NCBI RefSeq assembly: GCF_000255705.1
Contig: NZ_JH636440.1
Span: forward strand, 623,915-669,958
Reading direction: 5' to 3'
DNA: 46,044 nt
Source: Zavarzinella formosa DSM 19928
GTDB lineage: Bacteria; Planctomycetota; Planctomycetia; Gemmatales; Gemmataceae
Shown here: positions 36,909 through 46,044 of the stretch, piece by piece
How the letters are laid out: each line of letters begins with the position of its first letter
Position numbering within the stretch: position 1 is the first letter of the stretch
Notes under the pieces: generated by a model
What the model was told of the DNA's origin: nothing
The model's input: the letters and a program-made list of their open reading frames with translations, nothing else
The model's database searches: none
Translations under genes and position numbers: made by a program

Positions 36909-37934
36909 TCACACATCCATTTTGCCAGCGCCTGTCGGCTGGCTTTCCGCTTCGTTGATGTAATCAATCATGTGCCGCAGGCGGGCGTGGCCGTGGCGGT
37001 CGAACTTGAAGCGCAGGCGGAACAGGCTGGCCAGATGAGGTTCGTTGGCCTCCATCGGGTCGGCCTCGGAACGGGCGATGTCGCCTTCCCAGATGATGTC
37101 TTTGTAATTCAAGTTCACATAGGCCAGGGTCGTGTCGCTGATGGGCTTGATGAATCGCATCATCAAATCCTTGCGAACATACCGCATCGAATGGTAGACC
37201 CGGTAGAAGTTCGTCACCTCCTGCACGGCCTCCTCGACGCTGAGGCACACCTTGTAAAGCCCCATGTCGGCCGGGGAGATCAGCTTGTTCCCCAACAGTT
37301 CATGTTCGATGAAATCGTTGAACCGTTTCCAGTAAGTCCCTCCCGGCTGATCTACCATCACAACGGGGAAAATGTGGCTCTTGCCGGTCTGGATGAGCGT
37401 GAGGGCCTCGAAGCCCTCGTCGTGCGTGCCGAACCCGCCGGGGAACAGGACGACGGCGTCCGTCTCCTTCACGAACATGAGTTTGCGCGTGAAGAAGTAA
37501 CGCATCGTCATCAGCCGGTCGCTGCCGGTCATCACTGGGTTCGCGGATTGCTCGAAGGGAAGCAGGATGTTCAGGCCGAGGCTCATGTCCCGCCCGGCCC
37601 CGACGTGGCCGGCTTCCATGATGCCGCCCCCCGCCCCGGTGACGGTGATGTAATCCAACGCGGCCATTTGCCGGGAGAATTCCACCGCCAATTGATACGT
37701 CGGGTGGTCCGGCTTGGTGCGGGCCGAGCCGAAGACAGTCACCTTGCGCTTGCCGCGATATTGGGAAAACACCTTGAAGGCATACCGCAACTCCCGCAAC
37801 GCGGTGCTGAGCAGCTTGGCCTCCCCCCGGCCGATGCCATCGGCCTCCAACCGGTCGGCCGTTTCCTTGATGTCGCGGACAAACTCGGAAACTGTTTGGG
37901 AACGCGGTCGTCGCGGCGTCGATTCATCAGGCAT
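36909..37934 (-). CDS. LOG-family (TIGR00730 Rossmann fold) protein with a roughly 90-aa C-terminal extension
   Basis: VTVFGSAR ... TGAGGGIMEAGHVGA ... VLFPGGFGTHDEGFEAL is the LOG/PGGxGTxxE signature. It is convergent with ilvA, only 15 bp apart. Confidence 0.85.
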   Translation of the reverse strand: MPDESTPRRPRSQTVSEFVRDIKETADRLEADGIGRGEAKLLSTALRELRYAFKVFSQYRGKRKVTVFGSARTKPDHPTYQLAVEFSRQMAALDYITVTGAGGGIMEAGHVGAGRDMSLGLNILLPFEQSANPVMTGSDRLMTMRYFFTRKLMFVKETDAVVLFPGGFGTHDEGFEALTLIQTGKSHIFPVVMVDQPGGTYWKRFNDFIEHELLGNKLISPADMGLYKVCLSVEEAVQEVTNFYRVYHSMRYVRKDLMMRFIKPISDTTLAYVNLNYKDIIWEGDIARSEADPMEANEPHLASLFRLRFKFDRHGHARLRHMIDYINEAESQPTGAGKMDV

Positions 37935-37966
37935 GAGAGATGTTCCGGGGGATTCCGTTCAATTAA

Positions 37967-38072
37967 CAAGGATGAAGGATGAAGGATGAAGGATGAAAGG
38001 AAAACCAGATCGCACAACTGTCTCTTGGCTTTCCTTTCATCCCTCATCCTTCATCCTTCATCCTTGTTTTCG
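37967..38072. terminator. 35-bp GGATGAA-heptad palindrome followed by a T-run (bidirectional-terminator-like) between the STAS and LOG genes
   Basis: caaggatgaaggatgaaggatgaaggatgaaagga ... tcctttcatccctcatccttcatccttcatccttg, then ttttcg on the + strand. Confidence 0.6.
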
Positions 38073-38474
38073 TCAGTCCGATCCGCTCAACGCATTGAGG
38101 GCTTCGGCCTTGTTGTCGTAGATCGCCCAGAGGGTGTCGAGGGCGGTTTGGCGGAGGAGTTCGCGGATGCGGTCGGTCACGCCGGCCAGAACTAGTTCGC
38201 CGGCGTGTTTCTTCACGATCACATGGCAACGCAGTAGGAAAGAGATGAACTCCGAGGTGAAGTAGTTGACCCGTTCCAGATCGACAATCACGTTCGTCGG
38301 CGGGTTCTCCTTTAGCGGAGACAACACAAACTGGGCCGCCGCCTCAATGACGTTGGACGGCAGGTGTTCGATCTCCCCCGACACGGTGACGACCATGTTC
38401 TCGCCGTGGCGACGGATGGAGAAAAATTGTTCGGCGTTCTCCGTACTGGCTTCGGCACTCATGGAAACCCCCAT
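38073..38474 (-). CDS. STAS-domain protein (anti-sigma-factor antagonist-like)
   Basis: ENMVVTVSGEIEHLPSNVIEAAAQFVLSPLKENPPTNVIVDLERVNYFTSEFISFLLRCHVIVKKHAGELVLAGV resembles SpoIIAA-like STAS topology. ATG at 38474 or 38462; the track start is further upstream. Confidence 0.6.
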   Translation of the reverse strand: MGVSMSAEASTENAEQFFSIRRHGENMVVTVSGEIEHLPSNVIEAAAQFVLSPLKENPPTNVIVDLERVNYFTSEFISFLLRCHVIVKKHAGELVLAGVTDRIRELLRQTALDTLWAIYDNKAEALNALSGSD

Positions 38475-38596
38475 TTCAACGCAGAACTGATCACTCAAAA
38501 ACAGAAAGACATGTCGAATGAAAAGCGGCCTGTTCGGCTGCCGCACGGTGTTACGATCAAGAACTTCATCGCATCAGCGTCAACGCAAAGCCAAGA

Positions 38597-38676
38597 TTAA
38601 GAGCCCCACTGCGTAAGCGGTGGGGGTTTTGCCCGTGGAAAGCGTCAACCCCCACCGCTTACGCAGTGGGGCTCTT
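38597..38676. repeat. Family-1 hairpin core (perfect 30-bp stem) without the flanking TIRs, downstream of hemA
   Basis: ttaagagccccactgcgtaagcggtgggggtt / aacccccaccgcttacgcagtggggctctt. The stem variant gtAagc is compensated on both arms. Confidence 0.75.
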
Positions 38677-38715
38677 GGCTCTCACGTGAAGGCGTTGGTT
38701 TTTGTCCTCGCTCAA

Positions 38716-39984
38716 TCACTCCAGCCGGAACATCCTCTTCAACGCTTCCAGCAAATTCTTCTGGCTGCCGTCTCTCGCCGCTTCATTCAACGCACTAATG
38801 GGACCATGAAGCAGGCGATTCTTGTATAACCGAAAGCCGCCGATCATGTAATTTAATTCGGCCTCGGTCAGTTTGCCTTTGAACCGTTCCACCAACGGGT
38901 TGACGATCTCGGCCATTTGCTTGTCGAAATCTTCGGTCAGCCGGGCGATGACTTGGCCGTTTTTACGCCGGCCGTGATCTTCCTCATATTTCCGGCGTTC
39001 CTCCTCGATCATCGCTTCCGCTTTGTCTACATGACTACGCCGCCGGGCGATGGTTTGTTCGCGGATGTTCTTCAGATCGTCGATGTTAAAGAGAAACACC
39101 GATTCGCCGTCGTGGATGGCCGGGTCGAAGTCGCGCGGCACCGCAATGTCCAAGATCACCGTCGTCCGGCGGGGGCGTTTGGCCAGCGCCTTCGCATACC
39201 GGGCCTTGGTCATGATCGGTTCCGGGGCGCCGGTGGTGCTGAGGATCACGTCAGCTTGAATCAACGCCGCGTCCAGTTGCTCCCACGGGATGGCCCGCCC
39301 GCCGCAATCGGCGGCCATCGTCGTCGCTTTTTCCGGGCTGCGGTTGGTCACCAAAATTTGTTTCGGCTGAAGCTCGTGAAGATGTTTCAGCGTCAGCCGG
39401 CCCATCTTCCCGGCGCCGATCACCAGCACCGTCTTGTCGTCGAAGTGATCGAACACTTGTTTGACGTAATCGACGGCCACGCTGGATACCGACACATGCC
39501 CCTCGGTGATGCCCGTCTCCGTGCGGACCCGTTTGGCCGCCCGTTGGGCCGATTGGAACAGCGTGTTCAACAGCGGCCCAGTGGTGCCGATTCGCAACCC
39601 GGCGTCGAACGCCTCCTTCACCTGCCCGGCAATTTGTCCCTCGCCGACAATCAGACTGTCCAGGCTGGCCGTCACGCGGAAGAGATGCCGCACGGCCTCG
39701 ACGTTGTGGCGTTCCACCAAGTGCGGATCAATCATCTTCGCCGGCACTTTGTGGCATTCTTCCAGAAACTCGGCCAGCAACTCGCGAGAGGGAAGATGGT
39801 CCCCGTCGTTCTTGGCGAGGTAAAGCTCCACGCGATTGCACGTGCTGAGAATGGTTGTCTCGCAACCGTAGCGCGAAGCCAGTTCGGCGATGGCCCAATC
39901 TCGCTTCGCAGTGTCGAAGACCAGCTTTTCCCGAAGGTCCACGGTTGCCGAGCGAAAACTCAACCCCAGCGTGAGGAGGTTCAT
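38716..39984 (-). CDS. hemA: Glutamyl-tRNA reductase
   Basis: MNLLTLGLSFRSATVDLREKL ... STCNRVELY (catalytic Cys) ... NADPH-binding VLVIGAGKMG. 422 aa. Its ATG at 39984 overlaps the upstream gene's stop by 4 nt. Confidence 0.9.
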   Translation of the reverse strand: MNLLTLGLSFRSATVDLREKLVFDTAKRDWAIAELASRYGCETTILSTCNRVELYLAKNDGDHLPSRELLAEFLEECHKVPAKMIDPHLVERHNVEAVRHLFRVTASLDSLIVGEGQIAGQVKEAFDAGLRIGTTGPLLNTLFQSAQRAAKRVRTETGITEGHVSVSSVAVDYVKQVFDHFDDKTVLVIGAGKMGRLTLKHLHELQPKQILVTNRSPEKATTMAADCGGRAIPWEQLDAALIQADVILSTTGAPEPIMTKARYAKALAKRPRRTTVILDIAVPRDFDPAIHDGESVFLFNIDDLKNIREQTIARRRSHVDKAEAMIEEERRKYEEDHGRRKNGQVIARLTEDFDKQMAEIVNPLVERFKGKLTEAELNYMIGGFRLYKNRLLHGPISALNEAARDGSQKNLLEALKRMFRLE

Positions 39985-40793
39985 TTGGCGACCTCTCCCG
40001 CCGCCGCGAACGGGTGCGAGGTCATCAGCGTGACCAGCATCAGGGCAAAGGCGAACATCGTCAGATAAGCCAGCCGCCGGGCGGCGAGGCCGGTTCCATA
40101 ACGCAGATAAAGCAACACCAAGGCGACCGCCCAGAGGCCGACCGAGCCGAGGATTTTCGCCGCCGTCCACGAACCGGGGGCGACGACCATCTCGGATCCC
40201 GGCCAGCGAATCCAGCCGAGCAACAACCCGACCGTGAGGAACGGAAAGGCCCAGTTGATCGCCCGGCGGTTCATCGTCTCCAGCCGTTCGAGACTGAGCA
40301 TTCGGAAGCCGCCGAGCAGGCTTTGCTTTTTCTTCAAGCGTCGCAATTGAATCAGATACATGACACTGCCAAGAAACCCCAAGGTGATGCCGACACAGGC
40401 CGCGAGCAACAGCAGGCCGTGCAACGTGCCCCAAAAATGCTCGGCATTGAACCAGACGTTCACGTCGGGATCGTCGCCGAGATACGCATACGACAGAAAA
40501 CTCATGCCAATCACCAGCGGCAGCACAAACAGCGTCAACGGCCGCCCGGTGCGGTGCAGCGCCCCGTACAGATAGAACACGGCCAGCACCCATCCGAGGA
40601 TGAGCAGCGAGCCGGAACCGGAGGCGGGGCTGGGATGGTGGTAAAGCAGGTAAAACGTGTGGGCGACCAGCCCGGCGAGGCCGAAGCCCGTGCCAATCCA
40701 CCGCACCACCTCAGACGGGCGATACTGATGGGCGATCTCCAGGACAAACGCCGTGAGATAGCTAAGGCCGAAACAAAGGTGCGTGATCCCCAT
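39981..40793 (-). CDS. hemX: HemX/CcsA-like cytochrome c assembly family membrane protein
   Basis: Polytopic membrane protein with W-rich segments (GWIRWPGS.., HFWGTLHGLL). It lies immediately upstream of hemA and is translationally coupled to it, as in hemAX operons. Confidence 0.75.
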   Translation of the reverse strand: MGITHLCFGLSYLTAFVLEIAHQYRPSEVVRWIGTGFGLAGLVAHTFYLLYHHPSPASGSGSLLILGWVLAVFYLYGALHRTGRPLTLFVLPLVIGMSFLSYAYLGDDPDVNVWFNAEHFWGTLHGLLLLAACVGITLGFLGSVMYLIQLRRLKKKQSLLGGFRMLSLERLETMNRRAINWAFPFLTVGLLLGWIRWPGSEMVVAPGSWTAAKILGSVGLWAVALVLLYLRYGTGLAARRLAYLTMFAFALMLVTLMTSHPFAAAGEVAK

Positions 40794-40899
40794 CGGGGTA
40801 GGGTGGATTCCTCGGGCGGTGCGTCGTCTCGTTATTCTACGGAATACCCCCCCGATTCCCCAAGAGAAAGGCGTGCGGGAACGGGGGCGAGACAGCCTT

Positions 40900-43800
40900 T
40901 TACTTCACTTGCCCAGTCACCGCATAGGCCGCCCAATAATACGGGTGGGCGGCGCCGTATCGGGTGCGGCGTTCCTTGATCCGTTCGATTTGGGAATTCC
41001 GCAAGGCTTCGTCGCGGGCCTGACCTTTGGAGAGGTTGTCAAAGAAGCCGACCATTAGTTGGGCTGACTCCAAGTCGGGCACCTGCCAGAGTGTGGCGAC
41101 GACGCTTTCGGCCCCGGCCAGTTGGAATGCCTGCCGCAGACCGGCGACGCCTTCGCCGTTTTTGACATCTCCCAAGCCGGTTTCACACGCGGAGAGAACC
41201 ACCACCTTGGTGCCGCGAAGATCGCAGCCGACAACCTCCAGGCCGGTGAGGATGCCGTCGTCCCCGTCGGCGTCGGCCGAGTTGCAGGCGGCGAACAGCA
41301 ACCCGCAGCGGCGAAGCGGGTCTTCCAGCGGCTTTGAGTCTTTGGTGCGGGCGGCCGAGCGGGATTGGGTGGGGTCAAGGTTTTCCCGTAGTTCGGCTTC
41401 TTGATCCGGCTTGAAGAATCCGTGCGTGCAGAGGATCAGGGCTTCCGGATTGCGGAAACTGGTGACCACGCTCTTGAGGGCCTGCCGCTCCGTCAACACG
41501 CGCGGCTTGCCGCTGAGCCACTTTTCGACGTGCGGCGTGATTTCGCGGGCCTCAATGGCCGTGCCCGGCAGCGAGGGGACGCGGCCGATCTTCAGGGCCA
41601 GCCGCCGGGAATCCAACCCGCGCGAGGGGGCTTCCTTCAGAAGCAACTTCGCCTCCTCGGCGGCCGACTTCGCATCCAGATCGAAATCCGGGTTCGCCAC
41701 GATGACGGCCGGGGAGGGGGTGATCTTTTCCTTCACGGCGACGAGATCCCGGCCGCTGACCACGTTCCGGATGACAAACCGCTCGATCGCATATTTGCCA
41801 TCGGGCAACGGCATCGCCGCCCACGGCAACAGCCAGAGCGAGCCATCCGGGCTGATGACCAGCGTTTCGGCATCGCCGATTTCCTTCAGCACCGGATGAA
41901 GAACCCGCTTGGCCAGCGGAACCAGCGCCTCCAGCAGCTTCTTCTCGGCATCCGGATTGCCGACTTCGGGGATCAGCTTTGGCGCCCCGGTCAGTTCCTT
42001 GCGGGCCGCCGCCACGAGTTCTTCAATCTCCTTGGCCGAGCCGAGATCAACCACGCGAACCGGGCCGGTTTTCGGGGTGATCCACGCGACATAGCACGCC
42101 TCGCCGTATAGTTTTTCACCCACTTTGGGGATGAGATTGGCCCGTTCAAAGCGGGCAAAGTCGATGAACACCGCGTTTTTGGGAAGTTCTTTCCGCACGG
42201 CATCCAGTTCCACATACGGAAGAGGCTGGCCGAGATGACTGCCGGCGCCTTGAAGAGTGACGGCCAGTTCTTTTTCACGATCCAAGAGGACGGCCCGCCG
42301 GGCGGCCGTGAGCAGATCCGCGACTTTGCGAACCTTGGATGAAAGATCGGCCAGTTCGGCCCGGATCTTCCGCAACTCTTTCGCCGCCGGGGAATCTCCG
42401 GCGTTGGCTAGCTGCGCCGTCCGCGCCTGCGTTTCCTGCAAGGAGCCTTTGCCGTTGAGGAGCCACGCTGCCGAGGCTTCGGCAAACTTGGCTTCGTCGG
42501 CGTTTGCCGCCCCCATCGTCAGGGCCAGATATTGGGCGTACAAATCGGTTTCTTTCAAGAATGTTTTCTGGTCGTCGGCCGACTGTCCGGGGAGAACGCT
42601 CGTTACGAAGGTCCTCGTGTGCCGACGGGACGCATCCATGAACGGCAGGGCTTCCGTCCGATTGCCCAAGGCATAAAGCGTCCGGCCCAACAATTGTTCC
42701 TCGATGATCATTTGGGGATGGGCCTCCCCCAAGGTGGCCCGCAATTGCCGCAGGCTCTGGCGAAGCGGCTCCTCGGCCTTCGCATAGGCCAGGGCCGAGA
42801 AGTAACCAAAACCGATGTTATACCGCAGCCGAACGGTCTCCGGGTGGTCCGGCCCGAGTTGCTTCACATGGATTTGATAAGCCCGGTCAAGGATGTCGAG
42901 CCGGGCTTGTTTGTCGGTGACAATTTTTAACCGATAGATATTGTTCAACACGACGGCCGTCTGGAGGCTTTCTTTGCCCTCACCCACGTCGATGATATCA
43001 AGCGCCTTTTCGTATAATTCGCCGGCTTTTTCATATTCACCGCGATTCTGACAGATCGTGCCGATGTTGGCATACGATTGCGCGGTGGCCGAATGCCGGG
43101 GGCCAAACACCACCAGGCGAATTTCCAGCGCCTTGCGATAAGCGGCCTCGGCTTTGTCATTAAGCTCCAAGGCGCCATAAACCTGGCCGAGGCTGTTATA
43201 AACATAAGCCGTCTGCGGATGGTTGGGCGGCAGATTTTCGTTGCAGAGTTTGAGGCTGGCGTTGAGATCTGTTTCCGCTTGATTGAGCGACCCGGCTTCA
43301 AAGTGGATGTTGCCGAGCCGGAAGTAATTTGCCGCGATGGCCAGATTGTCCCGCTTTGGCTGCTTCAAGTTGATGGCCAGCGCCCGGCTGGCAAAAGTCT
43401 CGGCCTTGGAGAGCTTCCCTTGGCGGCCGTAGAGTTCCGCGAGGTTGTTGAGGGCCGTCGCCGTGGCCGGGTCGTCTTTCCCCTTGTGGCGTTCGATGAT
43501 TTCCAAGGCTCTGTTGTACAGCGTCTCGGCTTCCGCAAGCCGCCCCGTCGCCATGTGGACGGCCGCCAGGTTGCCTGCCGGAACGTCGACGGCATAACCA
43601 TCCTTTCCATAGGCGATTTCGGCGACTTCGAGGCTTTGCTCCAAAGTCGTCCGGGCATCCTTCCAGTTTCCCTGCCTTGCCTGAATTTGACCAAGGACGT
43701 TCAGGCTGATGGCCAGCGTCTTGGAATCTTTGCCGTAAACCCGCCCGGCAAACTCAGCCCCCCGCCGGGCAAACGGCTCCGCCTTTTTGTAGGCGCCGGA

Positions 43801-44322
43801 CCCGGCGTACATTTCGGAAAGATTGTCGAAGGAGATTTTCAGGAAGGCGTTGTTCGCCTCGACGAGCTTTTCGCGGGCGCGCAGGGCTTCGAGCAACAGC
43901 GGTTCGGCCTTGTCGTATTGCCGCAACCGGGCAAGTGTGATGCCGAGTTTGTCGGAGGCGTTGGCCGTGCTGAGATGGTCGTTGCCAAGGTGCTTTTGCC
44001 GGATGGTGAGCGTTGCCGAGTAATGCTCGGCCGCCTTGCGGAGGTTGCCCCGCTGCGTCTCGATTTCGCCGAGTTCAAAGTACATGTCCGACCCGTTCGG
44101 GTGGTCCATCGTGAAGTGTTTTTCCGCAAGGGCGATAGCCTCTTTGACCTGCCGCTCTGCCTCGTCCAGTTTGCCGGCCTTGAGCGACGCCCGGCCGTCC
44201 TGAAGAAGAGTGCGAATCTCGTTTGCCTGCCCAAAACCATTCCCGGCCATCAACACGAGGCAGAACAGAGGCAACCCGTATCGGAACATCGGAAACTCCA
44301 GGGAGAGAATTCTGGCCGGCAT
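40900..44322 (-). CDS. Secreted TPR-repeat protein with a C-terminal CHAT (caspase-like) domain
   Basis: N-terminal signal peptide. More than ten TPR units (AEHYSATLTIRQK.., AETLYNRALEIIE.., ..). C-terminal CHAT region GLLFAACNSADADGDDGILTGLEVVGCDLRGTKVVVLSACETGLG ... YYWAAYAVTGQ (His/Cys dyad context). Confidence 0.85.
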   Translation of the reverse strand: MPARILSLEFPMFRYGLPLFCLVLMAGNGFGQANEIRTLLQDGRASLKAGKLDEAERQVKEAIALAEKHFTMDHPNGSDMYFELGEIETQRGNLRKAAEHYSATLTIRQKHLGNDHLSTANASDKLGITLARLRQYDKAEPLLLEALRAREKLVEANNAFLKISFDNLSEMYAGSGAYKKAEPFARRGAEFAGRVYGKDSKTLAISLNVLGQIQARQGNWKDARTTLEQSLEVAEIAYGKDGYAVDVPAGNLAAVHMATGRLAEAETLYNRALEIIERHKGKDDPATATALNNLAELYGRQGKLSKAETFASRALAINLKQPKRDNLAIAANYFRLGNIHFEAGSLNQAETDLNASLKLCNENLPPNHPQTAYVYNSLGQVYGALELNDKAEAAYRKALEIRLVVFGPRHSATAQSYANIGTICQNRGEYEKAGELYEKALDIIDVGEGKESLQTAVVLNNIYRLKIVTDKQARLDILDRAYQIHVKQLGPDHPETVRLRYNIGFGYFSALAYAKAEEPLRQSLRQLRATLGEAHPQMIIEEQLLGRTLYALGNRTEALPFMDASRRHTRTFVTSVLPGQSADDQKTFLKETDLYAQYLALTMGAANADEAKFAEASAAWLLNGKGSLQETQARTAQLANAGDSPAAKELRKIRAELADLSSKVRKVADLLTAARRAVLLDREKELAVTLQGAGSHLGQPLPYVELDAVRKELPKNAVFIDFARFERANLIPKVGEKLYGEACYVAWITPKTGPVRVVDLGSAKEIEELVAAARKELTGAPKLIPEVGNPDAEKKLLEALVPLAKRVLHPVLKEIGDAETLVISPDGSLWLLPWAAMPLPDGKYAIERFVIRNVVSGRDLVAVKEKITPSPAVIVANPDFDLDAKSAAEEAKLLLKEAPSRGLDSRRLALKIGRVPSLPGTAIEAREITPHVEKWLSGKPRVLTERQALKSVVTSFRNPEALILCTHGFFKPDQEAELRENLDPTQSRSAARTKDSKPLEDPLRRCGLLFAACNSADADGDDGILTGLEVVGCDLRGTKVVVLSACETGLGDVKNGEGVAGLRQAFQLAGAESVVATLWQVPDLESAQLMVGFFDNLSKGQARDEALRNSQIERIKERRTRYGAAHPYYWAAYAVTGQVK

Positions 44323-44449
44323 CCTGTGGCGGCGTGCAATGCCCCGTACATGCTAACATCGCGGCTGTGACAGGGGAAAATCGGATTTTTGCGAAAATGC
44401 GCATGGTCCGGCGCTCAATCAGTCTTGTGTTTACTCACGTCGATCATGC

Positions 44450-44650
44450 TTTTTCGCCCCAAGGGGGCGCTCGAAAATAGCCAAGGGCGGTTGCCGCCCT
44501 TGGAAAATGGCCGTTCCCCCGATCTCCGCCCCAACGGGGCGGCACATCGAATATGTGTCGCCCCGTTGGGGCGAAAACGCATTAATTGCCGATGTTTCCA
44601 GGGGCGGCAACCGCCCCTGGCTATTATCGAGCACCCCCTTGGGGCAAAAA
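44450..44650. repeat. Family-3 structured element, copy B
   Basis: ttttcgccccaagggggcgctcgaaaatagccaagggcggttgccgcccttgg ... ccccaacggggcggcaca..tgtgtcgccccgttgggg ... ccaggggcggcaaccgcccctggctattatcgagcaccccccttggggcaaaa. Confidence 0.8.
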
Positions 44651-44784
44651 CCATCAACACGGTTTGATGCGAACGAAGGGATTAAAAGTGCCCGAAAGAT
44701 TGGTCATATCCAAGCAAGTGAAAATACCGTCGGCCCGACCTCCGCCCGTTTTGAGGAAGGAGGCCGGAGCCGACGGGCGGGCTT

Positions 44785-46029
44785 TCATCCGCCGGGTTTC
44801 GGCTTGTCCGTCGAGGGGAGCGGTTCCTTCGGGGGATTCTTCAGATAATCGAGCATCTTTTTGGAAAGCTCGTCTCCGGGAATCAGCTTCAGCGTGGCCT
44901 CCAGTTTGGCGATGGCGGCCTCCTTTTCACCAAGCGTGAGATAGTGGTAGGCCAGCAAGAAGGCATCTTCCCCGGCGGTTGGGTTGTCCTTGAAATGGGT
45001 TTCCAAGGCCCGCAGTTGGGAAGTGTAATCCTTGACATCTCCGTAGAGGGCGCTCATGGTTTCCCAGTTCCAGCCCGGCCCGCTCGCCAGCACGGAATAG
45101 ATGGCCGCCGAGGCGTTCTTGTAATCATCTTTCCGGACATCCCCGCGGGCGAAGAGGAACAAAGCCCGCAACTCGTGCAGGGCGGGATCGTTCGGAAGTT
45201 TGGCGATGGCCTCCTCGATCTTTTCCAAGGCGACGGTGTACGCCCTCAGTTTAAACGCCTTCCGGGCGTCGCCGACGATGTTCTCCACTTGTTGCTGGAG
45301 ATTTTTCGCCTCGTCGTCGGAAAGTTTCGACACATCCGGCGCCGCCTCTTCTTGTGGCGAACGGACGACGGTTGGATCGGAGGCAAGCGGCTGGGGGATG
45401 GGGATGTCTGTCGGCACATCCGTCGCCGCCGGGGCCACGGGGGAGAGCGCCGGGGCCGTGATAATCGGCTGGGAGTAATTGTAAATCACCGTCGTGGGCA
45501 CGGCCGGGGCGACATAGAACGGGTTCACATAAGTATAAGTGGCCACGCGCGGGGACAGCAGCCAGCCGGTGGCCAGCCCGGCCGTGAACCAGGCGGCGTT
45601 GTTGCCCCAATAGCCGGAATGCCAGCCGGAGTGCCAGCCGCCGTAATAGCCGGACCAACTGCCGCCGTAATAACCGCCCCACGGACGGTTGTACGCCGGG
45701 CGATAGTTGTTGAAGTGATTGTTGTTGATGTTGTTATTGATGATCGTGTTGCCGCCGTTGTTAATCACCGGGCGGTTGTTGATCCAGGTCGGCCGGTTGA
45801 TGTTATTGTTGCCGCCGTTGTTGATAATCGGCCGGCTCGGATTGACCGGCGGCCGAACCGGAACCACCGGCCGAGGCGGGAGCGGCCGAACCGGCTCCAC
45901 TGGCCGGGGCGGGAGCGGCCGAATTGGTTCCACCGGCCGCGGGGGCATTGGCCGGATCGGATTCACCGGTTGCGGAAGAGGCTTCGGCAATGGCTTGGGG
46001 TTAATTGGCAGTGGAAGAGGCTTCGGCAT
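44785..46029 (-). CDS. Low-complexity protein with a Pro-rich repeat N-terminus, an Asn/Gly-rich segment and a C-terminal TPR-like helical domain; the N-terminus may extend beyond the window
   Basis: Tandem repeats PRPVEPIRPLPPRPVEPVRPLPPRPVVPVRP, encoded by roughly 36-nt DNA tandem repeats at 45840-45960. An NNGGN and W/Y/G-rich stretch follows, then C-terminal helical repeats (ALEKIEEAIAKLPNDPALHELRALFLFARG...). The reading frame stays open to the window edge. Confidence 0.6.
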   Translation of the reverse strand: MPKPLPLPINPKPLPKPLPQPVNPIRPMPPRPVEPIRPLPPRPVEPVRPLPPRPVVPVRPPVNPSRPIINNGGNNNINRPTWINNRPVINNGGNTIINNNINNNHFNNYRPAYNRPWGGYYGGSWSGYYGGWHSGWHSGYWGNNAAWFTAGLATGWLLSPRVATYTYVNPFYVAPAVPTTVIYNYSQPIITAPALSPVAPAATDVPTDIPIPQPLASDPTVVRSPQEEAAPDVSKLSDDEAKNLQQQVENIVGDARKAFKLRAYTVALEKIEEAIAKLPNDPALHELRALFLFARGDVRKDDYKNASAAIYSVLASGPGWNWETMSALYGDVKDYTSQLRALETHFKDNPTAGEDAFLLAYHYLTLGEKEAAIAKLEATLKLIPGDELSKKMLDYLKNPPKEPLPSTDKPKPGG

Positions 46030-46044
46030 TGGTCGGGGGTTAAT

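Noticed and set aside
38716-40701. 661-aa ORF suggesting a HemA with a 239-aa N-terminal extension
   Set aside because: HemA's conserved N-terminus (MNLLTLGLSF..) starts at the internal ATG at 39984. The extension overlaps the hemX/ccsA-like gene (39981..40793) in another frame and is an Arg/Pro-rich artefact. The track's first codon is probably a non-ATG start.

Overview
This is a roughly 46 kb GC-rich window that looks Planctomycetota-like. Three things point that way: two DUF1559/H-X9-DG pseudopilin-like genes, a DUF11 repeat protein, and TPR-CHAT and FHA/HD-GYP signalling proteins. The phylum call is inference, not proof. Coding density is high and most genes are on the minus strand.

Genes I can support from sequence:
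- A repair-flavoured pair at the left end: an HD-domain protein fused to a Pnk-like P-loop kinase (HD-Pnk-type end-healing enzyme), with AlkB on the same strand about 640 bp upstream.
- Two divergent DUF1559 genes plus a small lipoprotein, separated by a strongly AT-rich spacer.
- A CobA/HemD fusion, a GNAT acetyltransferase, a MazG-like NTP pyrophosphohydrolase, a PQQ-dependent sugar dehydrogenase, an FHA-GAF-HD-GYP protein, an NfeD-like protein with a flotillin partner, ilvA, a LOG-family protein, a STAS-domain protein, hemA translationally coupled to an upstream hemX/ccsA-like gene, and a 1140-aa secreted TPR-CHAT protein.
- A complete, co-linear Tad/Flp pilus locus on the minus strand (flp, cpaA, cpaB, cpaC, cpaE, cpaF, tadB, tadC, then a lipoprotein and a small membrane protein). 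It sits divergent from an AAA+ ATPase, TPR-lipoprotein, HD-hydrolase operon.

The most unusual content is non-coding. At least four families of highly structured palindromic elements, each about 120-200 bp and MITE/REP-like, recur in intergenic regions. Some sit next to each other. Several show compensatory or G-U-compatible substitutions between copies, which argues that the hairpin structure itself is under selection. Other non-coding signals:
- A 36-bp perfect palindrome that fills one whole intergenic region.
- Three paralogous structured spacers inside the tad operon.
- A GGATGAA-heptad palindromic terminator.

I did not find rRNA, a convincing tRNA, or a CRISPR array.
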